A stretch of DNA of 64,000 nt from Felis catus (GCF_018350175.1 NC_058368.1:161450001-161514000), one strand, 5' to 3'. Positions 1 to 13,250 are shown, numbered from the stretch's first letter. The notes: generated from the letters alone by a model not told the origin. Made by a program: numbers and translations.

Positions 1-62
1 CTGCTCACACTCTCTCTCAAAATAAAGAAACTAAAAAGAAAAAAGAAAAAAAAATAAAGAAA
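1..62 (+). mobile_element. 3' tail of a CanSINE cut by the window edge
   Basis: ctgctcacactctctctcaaaataaa followed by an A-rich tail. Confidence 0.75.
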
Positions 63-274
63 GCTACATGAGCAATTCTTTTGTAAACTCAGATTGAGAT
101 CCTTTTCCAGTCTAACGATGAATCACATTGTGATTGAAAACAGAGCTTCAGAGTCTAACAGATCTTGTACTGAATTCTGGTTCCATCATTTTCCTCTTAG
201 TAACTCCAGTATTTCTTTTTTCACTGTCTCCTATTTTCCACATAAAACTAATAGTTCATAGTAACTGAACGACT

Positions 275-440
275 AGTGTGCTAAATGCTTTAGGTTTGTT
301 AATACATTCAATTCTCATACTAACTCTTTGAGAGAGAGATTATTATCCTCATTTTGCAGATAAGGATACTAAGGCTTAGAAAGATTGGAAAATTTGTTTC
401 AAATCCAAGAGCTAGAAAGTAGCAGAACGGTCTACTGAAT
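275..440 (-). mobile_element. MIR fragment
   Basis: tattatcctcattttgcagataaggatactaaggcttaga resembles the reverse complement of the MIR core. Confidence 0.75.
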
Positions 441-1194
441 ATAAGTTCAAGAAATTTGTTTTTACTAATGTAAATCTCACTTTGTTTCCAAAGAAAGGAT
501 TAGGTTGTTTGTAAATGTACATACAACAAAAAGATAAAATCAATTTGCAGAGGTGAGAAAATTGAGATACAGGGAAGGAATAGGTAGGAAAATAAGGTCA
601 TGCTATGATTTTATTATCTCATGTCTATGCTATGAAATTCCATACCTTGCTATAAGTGTGCCATTAATGTCACTGAAGAGGATGGTAAAGCTATTCAGTT
701 ACTGCTAGTACAGGGACTAGAAGGAAATTTCTTTTCCTGGGTTCTTAAGTAGTAATATAATGAAGGTCCTCTGATAACTCTTTCTTCAACATGTTTATGA
801 TAAACTCACAAAATATGCCATGCACATCTTTTAAAATGTCTTTTAATATAGACTGTAGGCATCACACTCTGATATAATTCAGTAAAATTAATTTCACAGG
901 AAATCAAAATAATCCTGTTTTTTATGCAACTATCTACTGATTTATACTAACGGGAAGGTAAGTCTTAATGTTGTCTAAGTCAGCCTTTACCAAAATATTC
1001 TTTAAAAAAACCTATAAAAGGAATCACTTCTTCAACATGTGTTTGCTTTTCCTCCTCTCTTTCTCCTTTTGTTTGTAGTTCTCTTTACTTTTAGGTTTCT
1101 CTTAGATCTTCTCCTCTTCATACTTTGATCTGTCCTTAGGCTATAAGCATAAGTTTGGCATAACTACTCATGACTTCACTTACCATACAGACAG

Positions 1195-1389
1195 TGTCAA
1201 ATCAAAAATTGCACCAGGCAAGGAAGACTTCATTCAAAGCTGTTACAATAGTGGACAGAATATTAGGGCGCCTGGGTGGTTCAGTCAGTTGAGCATTCAG
1301 CTCTTAGTTTCGGCTCAAATCATGATCCCAGGGTCATGGGAATGAGGCCCATGTTGGGCTCCACACTGCATGTGGAGCCTGCTTGAGAT

Positions 1390-1454
<65 letters not shown>

Positions 1455-2038
1455 TCCCCCCACTATCCCTCCTTCTCCCTGTCTTCCTCTCTCCCCCTCT
1501 GTCCCTGCCCTCCCCAAATAATAAATAATTAGTTAAAAAGAGAAGAATAGAGGCCAGAACAGAATGTAAAGTCCACTGAAACAAAGATCAGAAGGGTTCT
1601 TAAGCCCTAAAGTACTAGAGGATGTTGGTAAAGTTACAGGCCATATACTTTTACTAATTGACTTTATCCAAATGGAAAATAAACTTGTCATATCGTTATG
1701 ATGATAGTTTTGCAACTTGACCCCAGAAAAGTTGGGCTCCTGCTCTCCCACAAGAACTGGGAGATAAGGGTACTATCTCCCTTGATGTTTACTTATGCTT
1801 CCAACAGATTGTTCCCAAGTCCCTAAGAAAGACATTCTGGGTTGTAAAACTGTCAGGAGGTTACAAGAAAAAAAAAAAAAAAAAAGATTTACATCTCAAA
1901 GGGGCAGAGAGAGAATTTACAATTATGTTTTCTCAAATAAATAAATAAACAAAAAGGTAGGTAAGGAATCATGAGTTAGGAAGAAGTTTTCATTTTAGTC
2001 AAGTTAAGGGGAATAGAATGTTAAGGCCATTTTGGTCA
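1195..2038 (-). mobile_element. MER31-like ERV1 solo LTR interrupted by a CanSINE
   Basis: Reverse strand starts TGACCAAAATGGCCTTAACATT, contains TTGTAAATTCTCTCTCTGCCCCTTTGAGATGTAAATCTT and ends TTGACA; matches the remembered MER31 consensus. Confidence 0.7.
1266..1540 (+). mobile_element. CanSINE (older carnivore type) with expanded (CT)n
   Basis: gggcgcctgggtggttcagtcagtt head, (CT)n at about 1391-1448, aataaa tail. Confidence 0.92.
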
Positions 2039-2124
2039 GCATGTTATTCACAGATGTGTATTTCCTTAAATTTCTCTGATATTTAAGACCTATATATTTA
2101 AAGGCCTGTATATACTTCCCACCC

Positions 2125-2300
2125 CATGTGGATGGCCCATAGAGGCATCAAATTCATGATCGTCCTCACACAAACTAGGATTTATTCTGTGTTCCAATTC
2201 TCAGTGAAGGACATCAGCATTCACTTAAGTATGCAAACCAGAAGTCACAGAATCTTCCTTAGCATCTTCTTCACCTGCCATATTTAGTCAATACCATGTT
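2125..2300 (+). mobile_element. L2 fragment
   Basis: ctcagtgaaggacatcagcattcacttaagtatgcaaaccagaagtc is L2-like. Confidence 0.55.
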
Positions 2301-3172
2301 CACATATACATATAATCAAAGAGAGCATTTGGCAGTACAAAATTTAATTTTTCCAAGTTAAAATTATGGGGCATAAAAAAATTATGTGGCCTATACTCTG
2401 TGGGCTAGATTATTAGCATCTCAGTTTTCCATTTGTGTTGTAAAATGAACAGAAATGTTCTGCAAGAAAGTCCTTATTCTGTTACTGACTACTATCTTGG
2501 CCAATCTGCGGACTGAATTACAGTCTTCCACCCAGGCACATATCTTAATTAGGCTCTTCAGTTTCCATAAGAGAATGTTAACTCTATCTCCATATCAGCA
2601 TTTGAATCTATCTTTAATAATAAAGTATTTACAGCACTAGATATTATCATATTGATTCATCAAAATCTTACTAGCAAGAAGTTTTTTTGAAGACTGGAAG
2701 TAGAAACCACTGGCCACCAATTCCTCTACACTTTGAATTCAATTCTTGGATTAATTCAGACTGCCAATAGCCTGTAAAGCTGTACCTCATTGCTTTTGTT
2801 TTTCATTTTGTAGAATCACTTTGGACTATCTGGGATTATGCCTTTGCTGAAGAGAGATTATGAAAATTTTAGCTGTGAAAGATAAGGTTACATTTAACTT
2901 GTTAACAATGAGTAAGTTGTATATGACATCCCATCACATCAGTTTTTATACAAGGAAATGATAAATATTTCCTTCAGTTGAGTACCAGAAATATTTGTGT
3001 TACCATTGAGCAGCTAGTTGGATATTTATTTTATGTAATCTGGCAATTTTGTAATTTGTATGACTGACTTTTTTTCTTTGCCCATAAAACTTGAAGCTGA
3101 ACCAGCAACCCCTGTTTAGCAAAGTACAACACCTTATGGTGTATCATTTTGTGTATTCATCTCATTCCTGGA

Positions 3173-3420
3173 GTATCAGTTTATTAGCATGGCTACATGT
3201 AACTGAAAATCCAAATAGATTATTTTTTTCATTATCTCGAAGTCAAGAGGTTTGTGGTTGCTAGTGTTTCTTTTATAGATCAAGAAATCCAGGGTCAAAG
3301 TCTCTAAAAATGTCTTGGTGTTTCCTTCATGGTCTCAAGATGATTGTTATAGCTGTAGGAATCATGCCTTTGATTGCAAAATGAAGGAAGAAAGTACCAG
3401 AAAAAAATAGTTGGTCTTGG
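3173..3420 (-). mobile_element. Ancient MLT1 (J/K/L-like) LTR, first part; resumes at about 5630-5790
   Basis: tttccttcatggtctcaagatgattgttatagct and later ttttccagaaatcc...ctgaccagaactg...gactaggaaatgtg. Confidence 0.55.
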
Positions 3421-3429
3421 TAACAGGTT

Positions 3430-4168
3430 TTCTTGCCATTTATTATTTCATATCAAACGTTCTCAAAACTTAGTAGCTTAAAATAATTTAGTATCATCAC
3501 CTATGGTTCTATGTAATGATTTAGGCTCAATTGGCCATTTTTACTTGGTATTTCTCATGTTTACAGTCAGATTGTGGCTGGGACTGGAGGCATCTTAGGC
3601 TTAACAGATCTGAGTATCCAAGGTGACACACTCATGGCTGAGTTGACGCTGGCTGTTGTCTGGGAGCTCAGCTGAAATGCCTACACATGGCTTTGGCTTC
3701 TCATAGCATGGCAGCTGTATTCTGAGAAAGCATCTCAAGAGTAAGTGTTAAAAATCAAAGCAGTAAGACTTTTTATGACCTGGTCTCTGATGTTTGAGAA
3801 TATTGCTTCTAGTGACATTGTTTGTTTGTTTATTATTTTTTTGAGAGAGAGAAAGAGCAGGAGAGGGTTAGAAAAGGAGAGAAAGAATTCCAAGCAGGCT
3901 CCATGCTGTCAGCGCATAGCCCGATGCGGGGCTCAAACTCACAAACTGTGAGATCATGATCTGAACCCACATCAGGAGTGGGATGCTTAACCAATTGAAC
4001 CACCTACATGCCCCACTTCTAGTCACATTATTTTGGTTAGAAAAGAAGGTATACTCATATGCATGAGAAGGAAAGCTTGTCATGAGAGCCTAGCTTATCA
4101 TGTGAGAAGCAACAGGGGGATGGAGACAAGGAATCAGTGGTGGCCAATTTTGGAGAGTATCTACTACA
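3430..4168 (-). mobile_element. MLT1H-like 3' LTR interrupted by a CanSINE
   Basis: ctcaaaacttagtagcttaaaa, ggctgttgtctgggagctcagctg; ends ctactaca (TGTAGTAG on the minus strand) next to a polypurine tract. Confidence 0.75.
3820..4014 (-). mobile_element. CanSINE
   Basis: Reverse-complement SINE body; TSD cttctagt(g/c)acatt on both sides. Confidence 0.92.
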
Positions 4169-5625
4169 ATCTGCTCTCTGGCTACTAATATTCATGTCCC
4201 TTCCACATGCAGAGTAGACTAATGCCCTTCACTGTCTCCCAAGTTGTGGCAGGCATTATGACATTGGTTTAAAGTCCAGGATTTATCATTTAAGTCAGGA
4301 TCAAGGGTTGATGAGGGTCTCACTTCTCAAATGCAGTTTCTCAAGCATGATTTCTCTCTAATGAAACCTTTTGCCTAAAAAGACAAGTTGTCTGCCCAAT
4401 AAACTCAATAAATTATCTAACACATTCAATAGTACAGTGGTGATGCATGTGTATGAATTTGCAATAAAAAAACAAAACCAAAAAACCTCCCAATTTGAAA
4501 AAGAAATCCGGTCTGACAGACATAGCAGTTGCTCATGCACAGGAAGTCTGAAGTCTGCCTGAGCACACAGGAATCAAAAGTTCCTTGAGTGGGGGCGAGT
4601 CCTGCTCCCTGAGAATGAGGCTGTGTGCCAGTTGTCTGCCCTCTGGGTTTCTGGTGCTGGACTCTTAAGACTTCCCTTCTTTTCCTTTACAACTGGCCTG
4701 TGTTTGCTGCTGAGTAGTCTTCTCAGCCTGCTTTCTGCCTTCAGAAGGCCGGAGCCTCCAAGGGCTCTTTTAAGTTTTGAACTGCTTTGTTTAGTCCAGT
4801 TTTATTAGGGTTCACTCCATTAGAAAAAAAAAATCAACATTCCCACTCCCCCTCCCCACCCCCCCAAAAGGCTCCTCTCTACTTTGGTCTGAGAGTCTTG
4901 ATAGTGTGGGTTCATATCTTTAGGATTCTTAGGAACTCTATTTTTTAGTTAGGAAAGTCTATAAGACATTCAGTGATATTCATAGAAGCCTGTTCATCTG
5001 GTTGAAGGCTTGTCATAAATGCTTCTTATGTATCAGGGAAGGATGCTCCAAATGCACCACTAAAATGAACTTTACCCTCCTGTTACATGTTACTGGAAAT
5101 ATTCTGGGTTTGAGTTTTACCCTGATGTGGTTTCTTATTTTGAGAAACTTTTTGCAGGTTGCAAAGACTAGACATGATAAACAGTTCTATTTTTGAGCCC
5201 AATAAGTCCTAACTCTTTTATTTATCCTCTAAATTCCTCTATAAAATGTTGAATATTGTCTTTTTTAGCTCATTCTTTCTTTATCTAGATCTTATCTTCT
5301 GCATCTAACAGAAACCAATTGGCATGTTCAGCTTTCTGCCTGGCATTTTTCTTAGCCTGATATATCTATTCATTAGGACAATTTTCTATTTTCTACATTA
5401 CTGTGGCATGCTATCACTAAACTTTGTGCCGCTAACAGGTTTCCATATGCCCTACTTTCAGAAATTCTGAATATCCTTTCTATATCCTGTCAGTCAAGTC
5501 AATCACTAAGGCCATCTCAGATTCAAGAAAACAGGAACTAAACCTCCACCTCTTGGGGGTGAGGGAACATGCCTGTAAAGCAAAAGAAGGAATTTTCATG
5601 GCCATCCTTAGAGATTGTCTATCTA
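4169..5625 (-). mobile_element. MLT1 internal region plus partial 5' LTR (about 5480-5625)
   Basis: Directly follows the LTR; MaLR-int-like text (aaagtccaggatt...agacaagttgtctgccc); LTR-like aatcactaaggccatctcagattcaag...ggccatccttagaga. Confidence 0.6.
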
Positions 5626-5789
5626 TGACCCGAGGAAAATGAAATTTTCCAGAAATCCTTAGTATATTTCTCTCACTGACCAGAACTGTTTCATAGTTGG
5701 GTAAAGAAACAGTGCAGACTAGGAAATGTGGGTCCTTTTTTTTTTTTTTTTTTCCTGTTATTAAAACCTCCATTTGGGAATAGAGGATT

Positions 5790-7220
5790 AAGAAAAAAAC
5801 CCAGAGAATTAACATTCATAGCGATCTTCAAGTCCTGTTGACCGCAGGGACCCTGTATAGCAGGGACCTCCTGAACTGGGGTAGAGGAAGCTCTGGATCA
5901 GCCAACTCTGTACTCTCTCATTGCATTGTTGTGGTCTCTAGCTCTGCCCTCTGAGGGGCTACACAGATGTGATAGTTCAGCCTCTTGTACAGTTTCTAAA
6001 AATAATTACATGCAGTTGTGTGTTGGGGGATCCTGGGAATAGTTTCGTACCTTTTTAGTGGAGCAATGACAGTTGCACGAGTTTACAGTCCAGACTAGAT
6101 GTTTGGCCACCGTACAATTCTGTCACACACTAGCAGGTTATACAGGTCTAGTCACTATCCTGTAGGTATAACTATAGCTAAAGATATGATCTAGTCAATG
6201 TTTTTAACAGTGGATATTGTCTTTATTGCCTGGCCATTACATTCTGCCCACTCTTCTTGCTTTAACTTAATGGTTATTGCCATGGTGTAATTTAAAATCA
6301 TATGTTTGGGGAAAGGCTAAACCCTTTATTTCATTTGTGCCTTCATACTGGCTGCATTTGCCTGGCTGCCTACCAGTCCTATCTCTGATTAAGTTTGCTG
6401 CTTTACAATGCCTTCTATTTAGGATGCGAATTGTGTGGTTTTTGTTTTGTTTTGGCCTTCTAAGAGTTCAAATTATAGGATTCTCTGGCAATACAGACGT
6501 CAGACTGTGAGAAGAGAGCCCTTCTCTTGCCGAAGTGGCATTTCCTCTCATCCATGCCTCCAAGCTATCTACCTTTCACCTGGGTTCATCTAGCTCTTCA
6601 TTTTCCTAAATGTGGTAATAGAATCAGCACTAGCCAACATTCTGATCAGTCCCACTCTTTCCAACAGGACTCAGTCAGTATATAGTTTGCTTTGCAAAGT
6701 TCCTCAGATGACAGTCCAACCAAATATTTTCCATTGTGTATAAAGTGTGACCTATTTTCTAGTGTCAAGTATCTAAGACCTGAATTTTCATCTCTATCCA
6801 TTAAGTCAATTCCACATTTTAGTTCCTGTTACTTATAGCAACCTATTTCTAGTAACAATTACTGAACCAATCACAGTACTTAGGTGCACGAACAATGCAT
6901 TCTAAATAATTTAATTAGTAACAGTTCATAAAATCCCGAGAAGGGCCAGAGAAAAACTATACAAAGGGAAACATCTCCTAACACTTATGACACCAGGAGC
7001 TAGATAACAAACTGCTACAGCTGCCCCAGAAAAACATACCTCTGTGATTATACACGCCAGATCAGATGTCCCTGCCCAAAGGCTGACTGATTGTGTTCCA
7101 GTTTATTGCCAGACTTCTGCCTGATACTGCAAAGCAGTCTGGAGATTACAGTTTTCAGCTCTACAGTCTGTTTTACAGAAAGGCAAGCTAAAAAACATGT
7201 AAGAATGAGTAATCAATAAG
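5790..7220 (-). mobile_element. Probable internal region and 5' LTR of the outer ancient MaLR
   Basis: ccacattttagttcctgttacttatagcaacctatttctagtaacaatt (about 6812-6860) resembles the MaLR-int 5' end next to an LTR. Confidence 0.4.
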
Positions 7221-7289
7221 CAGATATGTACAATCTGTCACGCTTGGTTTTTATTGCATTTTTCCTTCCTTGTTGAGAAGCAACAATAT

Positions 7290-7518
7290 CATAGTGGCAA
7301 ATACAACATGTAGGTTCAGCACTCGGGCTTAGTGGCATTCGCACTCCACTGGCTGTGTGGTCATAGGCATTACTTAATTTTCATAAACCTCAGTATTCCT
7401 ATTTTGAAAAACTGGGATAATATAAGCTCAGTATGATGACTGTTTTAGGATAGTGCAAATAGTTAGCATAATGTCTATATGAAACCATTTTTCACTAAGT
7501 AATAGTTACTGCTGTTAT
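7290..7518 (+). mobile_element. MIR
   Basis: ggctgtgtggtcataggcattacttaattttcataaacctcagtattcctattttgaaaaactgggataata. Confidence 0.8.
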
Positions 7519-7888
7519 ACATTAGTTCCACTTTGAAGCAATTTCCTACCTTATTTTTTTTTCCCTCAATTTGGAATTTTTACTATATTTTCGAAAGGTA
7601 CTTTAGGATTTTGAAGTTTAATTTTAGAATGAGACTTGGCTTAAATAAATGTACATAATTCTGAATATTAAAGTATTGAAAAGGTTGCATGAAAATTTAA
7701 GATTTAGTATCTCAGGATTTTTCAGGGAGAGTTCTAAAGGACTTCTGTAAAAAGTTTATCATACCCCACATTTCTCTTTGAATTATGGATAATATTATTG
7801 AGTCTTAATATTTAGTCACTAATTCCAGAAAAATTTTTAAGCACACACTATGTGTTAGTCGCTCTGCCTAAAAGTGAAAAGACTGGAG

Positions 7889-7890
<2 letters not shown>

Positions 7891-7936
<46 letters not shown>
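7891..7936. repeat. (CA)n microsatellite
   Basis: About 23 uninterrupted AC units. Confidence 0.97.
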
Positions 7937-7938
<2 letters not shown>

Positions 7939-10017
7939 TGGTGGAGTAAACTAAACATATAGTTTATATTCCAGTAAAGGAGACAGACAGTAAACCAGTA
8001 CACAAACATAGATAAAATGATTACTGACTATGATAAGCACTATGAAGGAAACATGTAGTTGCTATATTAAAAAAGTATTGGTAGGGGCAGGGTGAGCCCC
8101 TTAACATAGGATTCAAGAAATTCTTCCCCAAGAAGGTACATTTAAATTGAGACCTGGAGGAATGAAAAGAGATCTATGTGTGAAAAACCAGTGGGAAAGC
8201 ATTCCAGGGAATTACATTCTGAAAGCTTCCTAAACAGAAACTAATTTGAGCCATTAGAGAAACTGAGAGAACACCAGAATGCCTGGGGTTGAGTGAGCTA
8301 GTGGGAGAGACTAGTACACTGTTAGAAAGCCAACGTGGGCCAGATTGCACAGTTACAAAGGCCTGGCAAGAAATTTGGGTTTTATTATAACTGAAATGCA
8401 AATGGGAAGCTACAGAAAGGATTAAAATAGAGAGTGATTTAATCTAATTTGTGTTACAAAGATCCCTCTGGCTGTTATATGGAGACTACATTGGAGTGAG
8501 TTCAGAGAAAATTAGAGAAACTAGTTAGAAGGCTTTTGAAATAAATAGGTGGTGTGCGGGAGTAAGGTGGTAAGAGGTGAAATGGATCTAAGTGTATGAA
8601 ATGTAATACAATTTAGATACACAACAAACCAGTTGGAGCTATTGATGGATTGGGTTGGGGAGATAAAGAAAAAGAAGTCAAAATGACTCCCCATTTCCTT
8701 TCTTCAGTAATTGGGTTAGTTGTAGTATTCTGAGATAGGGCAGATTGACAAAAGATTATGTTTGAGATAAGTATTTTCTGGGGATCAATATATCAAGATT
8801 TCCATTGTAAGATTTCAGTGAGATGAGCAAGTAAGGATATCAAGTAGGTGGTTGGGTATGGGTCAGGAAGGCAAAGGAGGTGAAATATATATTTGGGTAT
8901 TGCCACAAAGCGTTGGTATCTAAGTCTATGGCTCTTGAACGGAGGTAAAGATACTGTGCATTATCAACATAAGACAGTATTTATCATGGGGTAAAAATGA
9001 AATTACCTGGGTAGATTATATAGATTTAGGGAGAAGAAGTCATAAGCTCATCATCTGAGAAACCTCAATGTCCAGAGTTTTGTGAAGAATTCTCCTGTCC
9101 TTGACTTATTATAGATTACGGAAAATGTATATGGATGTGTCTGTGTGCGTAATATTTGATTTGGGGGAAAAAGTTATGAGAATGAAGGGGGGTCCCCAGT
9201 CACATAGGAGAGCATGTCCATTCAGCAGAGAAGAGGACCCCAGACTGAGCTCTAAGAAACTTGAACTTTTAAAGGTTTAGTGGAGACAGATATGCAAAGA
9301 ATTAAAAGAAGAAGAAGAAGAAGAAGAATTACCATGGAAATACAAGAAAAATTATAGGCTGACACCATGGCTGAGAAAGGGAAATGGAAAATGTTTGGGA
9401 AAGATGGAGTGGTCAACTCTATCATACTGTTGAAAGTTTTTAATAACATGATATAAAAGTATATATTGAGTTGAGAAACATGAAATTTATTGAATGCTTT
9501 GCTAAATTGGTCTTAATTAAATGATGGAGACTTAACCCAGAAAAAATAAGTTTAAGACTGAATTTGAGATCAAGTAGGAGCAATATAGAAAACAATTTTT
9601 TTCTTACAGAAAACAGGAGTGAAGAAACAAGACTTAGGGAATCTAAGTCCTTTAGAGACCAAGGGTGATGGAGATTTAGAATTCAGTGGAGGGCTTGGTA
9701 CTTTATAGAAGCATAAAGTTTTCTTCAAATGTAACAAGAGGGAAGGAGAAGTAGGATGCAGACACTAAGATTGAAACATTAGGAATGAAAAAATTGTGAT
9801 TTTGATAAGATGATCAGTAAGAATGGAATTAAAGTGATAAGGAAATCTTACAAAAAAAGGAGATGGTATAAAATAGCATTTTCAATCAATAGAAAAGTAA
9901 AATTACTAGGAAGGATATGGTATTGCTCGGTGCTCAGTGGTATACAGTGTCTATGCAGAGTAATTGATCATAATTTAAAAGGGAAACCAGGTATGTGATT
10001 AACTTGCTAATTAGTAT

Positions 10018-10131
10018 CATTTTTCAGAATACTTTTGCTTACAAGTAAGACAAAATCCCAAATCAACTTAACCACATTTCTCAGAATACTTTTGTTTACA
10101 AGTAAGACAAAATCCCAAATCAACTTAACCA
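10018..10131. repeat. 57-bp tandem duplication (2 copies, 2 mismatches)
   Basis: cattt(t/c)tcagaatacttttg(c/t)ttacaagtaagacaaaatcccaaatcaacttaacca twice. Confidence 0.95.
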
Positions 10132-10479
10132 GTAAGGGTGAATTATTTTATCAAGTAAGATGTCTCAAGTTTCATTATTCCAGTTATGTCAGTGGGTCAC
10201 AGTAACCAAAGTTCTTGCAACTTTCCTTGGCTATTCTCCAAGTGTTTGACTTTTTCTTAGACCAGCCTCCCTTATGGATGTAAAATGGTTGCCAAAGTTT
10301 TAGAGCCATATGCAGACATCTAGCCAGAGAAGGTAGACTATAACACCATTATCTCTTTGTAACTGTTAATAATAAAACTGTTTCTAGAAGCCACTTAGAA
10401 AACTTCTTTCATTGCCCCAAATTCTGTCATAATTACATGCTTTAACCACTCCCCAACAAGTAGAATGAGAAAACATGGT

Positions 10480-10575
10480 CCCCAATGTTTATAGCACCAC
10501 TATCAACAATAGCCAAATTATGGGAAGAGCCCAAATGCCCATCAACTGATGAATGGATAAAGAAGATGTGGTGTG

Positions 10576-10625
<50 letters not shown>

Positions 10626-11050
10626 TATACATACATACATACAATGGAATACTTCTTGGCAATGAAAAGGAATGAAATCTTGCCATTTGCAACAACATGG
10701 TTGGGACTGGAGGGTATTATCCTAAGTGAAATAAGTCAGAAAAAGATATCGTATGATTTCACTTATATGTGGAATTTGAGAAACTTAACAGAAGACCATA
10801 GGGAAAGGGAAGGAAAAATAAGTTACAAAGAGAAGGAGGCAAACCATAAGAGACTCTTAAATACAGAGAACAAACTGAGGGTTGATGAGGGTGGGGGGTT
10901 GGGTGTGGTGGAGAAGGTGGGTCATGGGCACTGAGGAAGGTACTTGTTGGGATGAGCACTGGGTGTTATATGTAAGTAATGAATCACAGGAATCTACTGA
11001 AACCAAGACTAACTACACTGCATGTTAGCTAACTTGACCATACACACACA

Positions 11051-11141
<91 letters not shown>
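10480..11141 (+). mobile_element. 5'-truncated carnivore L1 3' end; internal (CA)n, tail replaced by (CA)n(TA)n
   Basis: MFIAPLSTIAKLWEEPKCPSTDEWIKKMW; carnivore L1 3'UTR gggatgagcactgggtgttatatg. Confidence 0.93.
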
Positions 11142-11144
<3 letters not shown>

Positions 11145-11826
11145 CGGCTTAGTCCAATCAGAATTTACATCTGGGGTTGAGTCAGCCTTTTCTAAATTAC
11201 CTGGTCATGATGAGTAGTATGGGCATAAGGAAAAATGTAACGGATTTCTGTTTGAAAGAGAATAGGGAATAATTATTTTAGGTATTCAGCTATTTATATG
11301 ATAGTTAGATAGAACTGGGTTTAGATTTTGCCAAGTGATTGCAAAAGAAAAAATAGAAGGCAAGACATTTGAGAGTATTTGCAAGTGAATATTAAAATGA
11401 TTAGCAATGGAATCTAAACTAGACAATGAGAGATCTGAAAACATGACAGCCTTGATGGATTGTAAACAACTGAAGAGATCAATGGGTTGGTGATCTTGAA
11501 GAAATAAAAGTATTCCAGAAGTGATGGGAATGTTATTAAGAGTAAGCTTTCCAGATGGAAAATAGTTTGGGAATATAAAATATTTGAAATTATGATTATG
11601 AGGATGGTAGGCTTTCTGGCATTTATTCTGGTTAATCATTCAAAATTTATCTTATTATAATAGAATGTGGATTCAAAACAAGTCATAGGAGCCAAGACTA
11701 TTTTTTTCTATAGGTTACAAAAAGTGGGCTTAAAGACAAGTTTTAACTATTAAAGAGTTGATATCGCTACTAAAATGCAATTCGTTAAGGTTTCAGAGGT
11801 ATCTCAGTTAATAATGGTGAGCAATA

Positions 11827-12046
11827 GGGGCGCCTGGGTGGCGCAGTCTGTTAAGCGTCCGACTTCAGCCAGGTCACGGTCTCGCGGTCCGTGAGTTCCA
11901 GCCCCGCGTCAGGCTCTGGGTGGATGGCTCAGAGCCTGGAACCTGTTTCTGATTCTGTGCCTCCCTCTCTCTCTGCCCCTTCCCCCGTTCATGCTCTGTC
12001 TCTCTCTGTCCCAAAAATAAATAAAAACGTTGAAAAAAGAAAAAAA
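11827..12046 (+). mobile_element. Young felid SINEC_Fc-type SINE
   Basis: ggggcgcctgggtggcgcag...cagccaggtcacggtctcgcggtccgtgag; 17-bp TSD aataatggtgag(c/g)aata. Confidence 0.96.
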
Positions 12047-12404
12047 AATAATGGTGAGGAATAAATATATATTTCATGGGAGAATACTAAAGTAAAAAGA
12101 TACGAAATACAGGATGTATGCAAAATGTTTATCTTTTGCAGACATAAAAATGGTATATAAAGAAATTACCTTGGACTTCTTGGATCTATTTTGTAGTTTA
12201 TCGCCAGTACGTTGCATGTAACAAATGAATACCTTAGCCAAAATTTTTGATTAATTAAAGAGAATTTAAAATAGTGAAGGATGATATATGATTGCCCAGA
12301 TATCACGAAGGAACCTTTAAGAAGTTGGTAATAAGTTGGGTTCCTTAGTGGATATCTAAATTTTATTTTCGATTTGTTTCTTTTGTCTGTACCCTAGCAG
12401 CATG

Positions 12405-12445
12405 TTTTTGTTTTGTTTTGTTTTGTTTTGTTGTTGTTGTTGTTT
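12405..12445. repeat. (TTTTG)n/(TTG)n microsatellite
   Basis: Read directly. Confidence 0.9.
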
Positions 12446-13134
12446 GCATGCTCCCTTGCAGAGTGAATACCTATGTATATTAGCTGAAGCAACATGAAAA
12501 CCTACCAAGGTTGTTTTTACAGTCAGACTCTCCATCACAGCTGTGTCTCACAATCAGAGCTGACTAACATGATTAAGGTTTATGTTTCCATGGTTAGCAA
12601 GCCTTGTTTTATGCAAAAATATGTTAGCCAGGCATCAGGGTTCATAAACATAGCTGCCTCCTACTTGGAGGCATGCTTTTCCTTTCTTTTTTCTCTTCAT
12701 CTAAGAAGGTTAAAGCTATTATTACCTTCAAAGCTTAGGGGAAAGTCAGCCTCATCGGGTAAGCTAGCTTTTGTGTGCATCAGTTAAATTCTAGGCCAAG
12801 ATACATTCATTATTTATGAACTTTGGGTTTTTTAAATGTTTCACCTTGAAAAAACATCTATTTCTACTCCCACCGTTCTTAGTCTTAAAAGACTTAAAAA
12901 GGAAAGAGTAAATAAGTGGCACAGGAAAACTTAAAACAAGGATGAATTTTCTAAAACCTAAAAATTTTTAAAAGGTACTTTCTATACAGAAATATTCATT
13001 AGAGAGCAAAATATTTATATCAAAGGATAGATTTTCTGAATTTGGCCTTGTCATTTTTCAGATTTATATAATTGTATATATCACTTTTCACTTTTTTCCC
13101 CCCACTTTTTTACTTGTGGAAACTCCAATCAATT

Positions 13135-13250
13135 CTGTTCAATTCAGCAATGATTTCATGATCACTTAGTACATGGAGATCACTAGGCAGATACATTGGA
13201 AAATAAAAATTACAGTTACTTGCCCAACCCTCAAAAAAATTAGTTTGTAT
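13135..13250 (-). mobile_element. L2 3' end fragment
   Basis: ttcaattcagcaatgatttcatgatcacttagtacatgg...cactagg. Confidence 0.5.

Larger units (their letters stand above)
10015..11305 (-). mobile_element. MLT1J/K-like LTR interrupted by an L1 3' fragment
   Basis: cagcctcccttatggatgtaaaatggttgcc; tttcattgccccaaattctgtcat; resumes ggcttagtccaatcagaattta. Confidence 0.65.
7815..11800 (-). mobile_element. Long L2 element split by MLT1 and L1 insertions (about 10015-11305)
   Basis: L2 3' end at about 7815 (gcacacactatgtgttag), continuous purine-rich L2-like text to about 10000; resumes at 11310 with an L2 ORF2-like peptide (LQDHQPIDLFSCLQSIKAVMFSDLSLSSLDSIANHFN). Confidence 0.75.

Noticed and set aside
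1315..1584. Arg/Glu-repeat ORFs
   Set aside because: Translation of the SINE (CT)n tract.
12681..12764. Possible 50/53-nt plus-strand exon ending CGG|GTAAGC
   Set aside because: Splice-like motifs alone are expected by chance in 64 kb, and the peptide is not recognisable.
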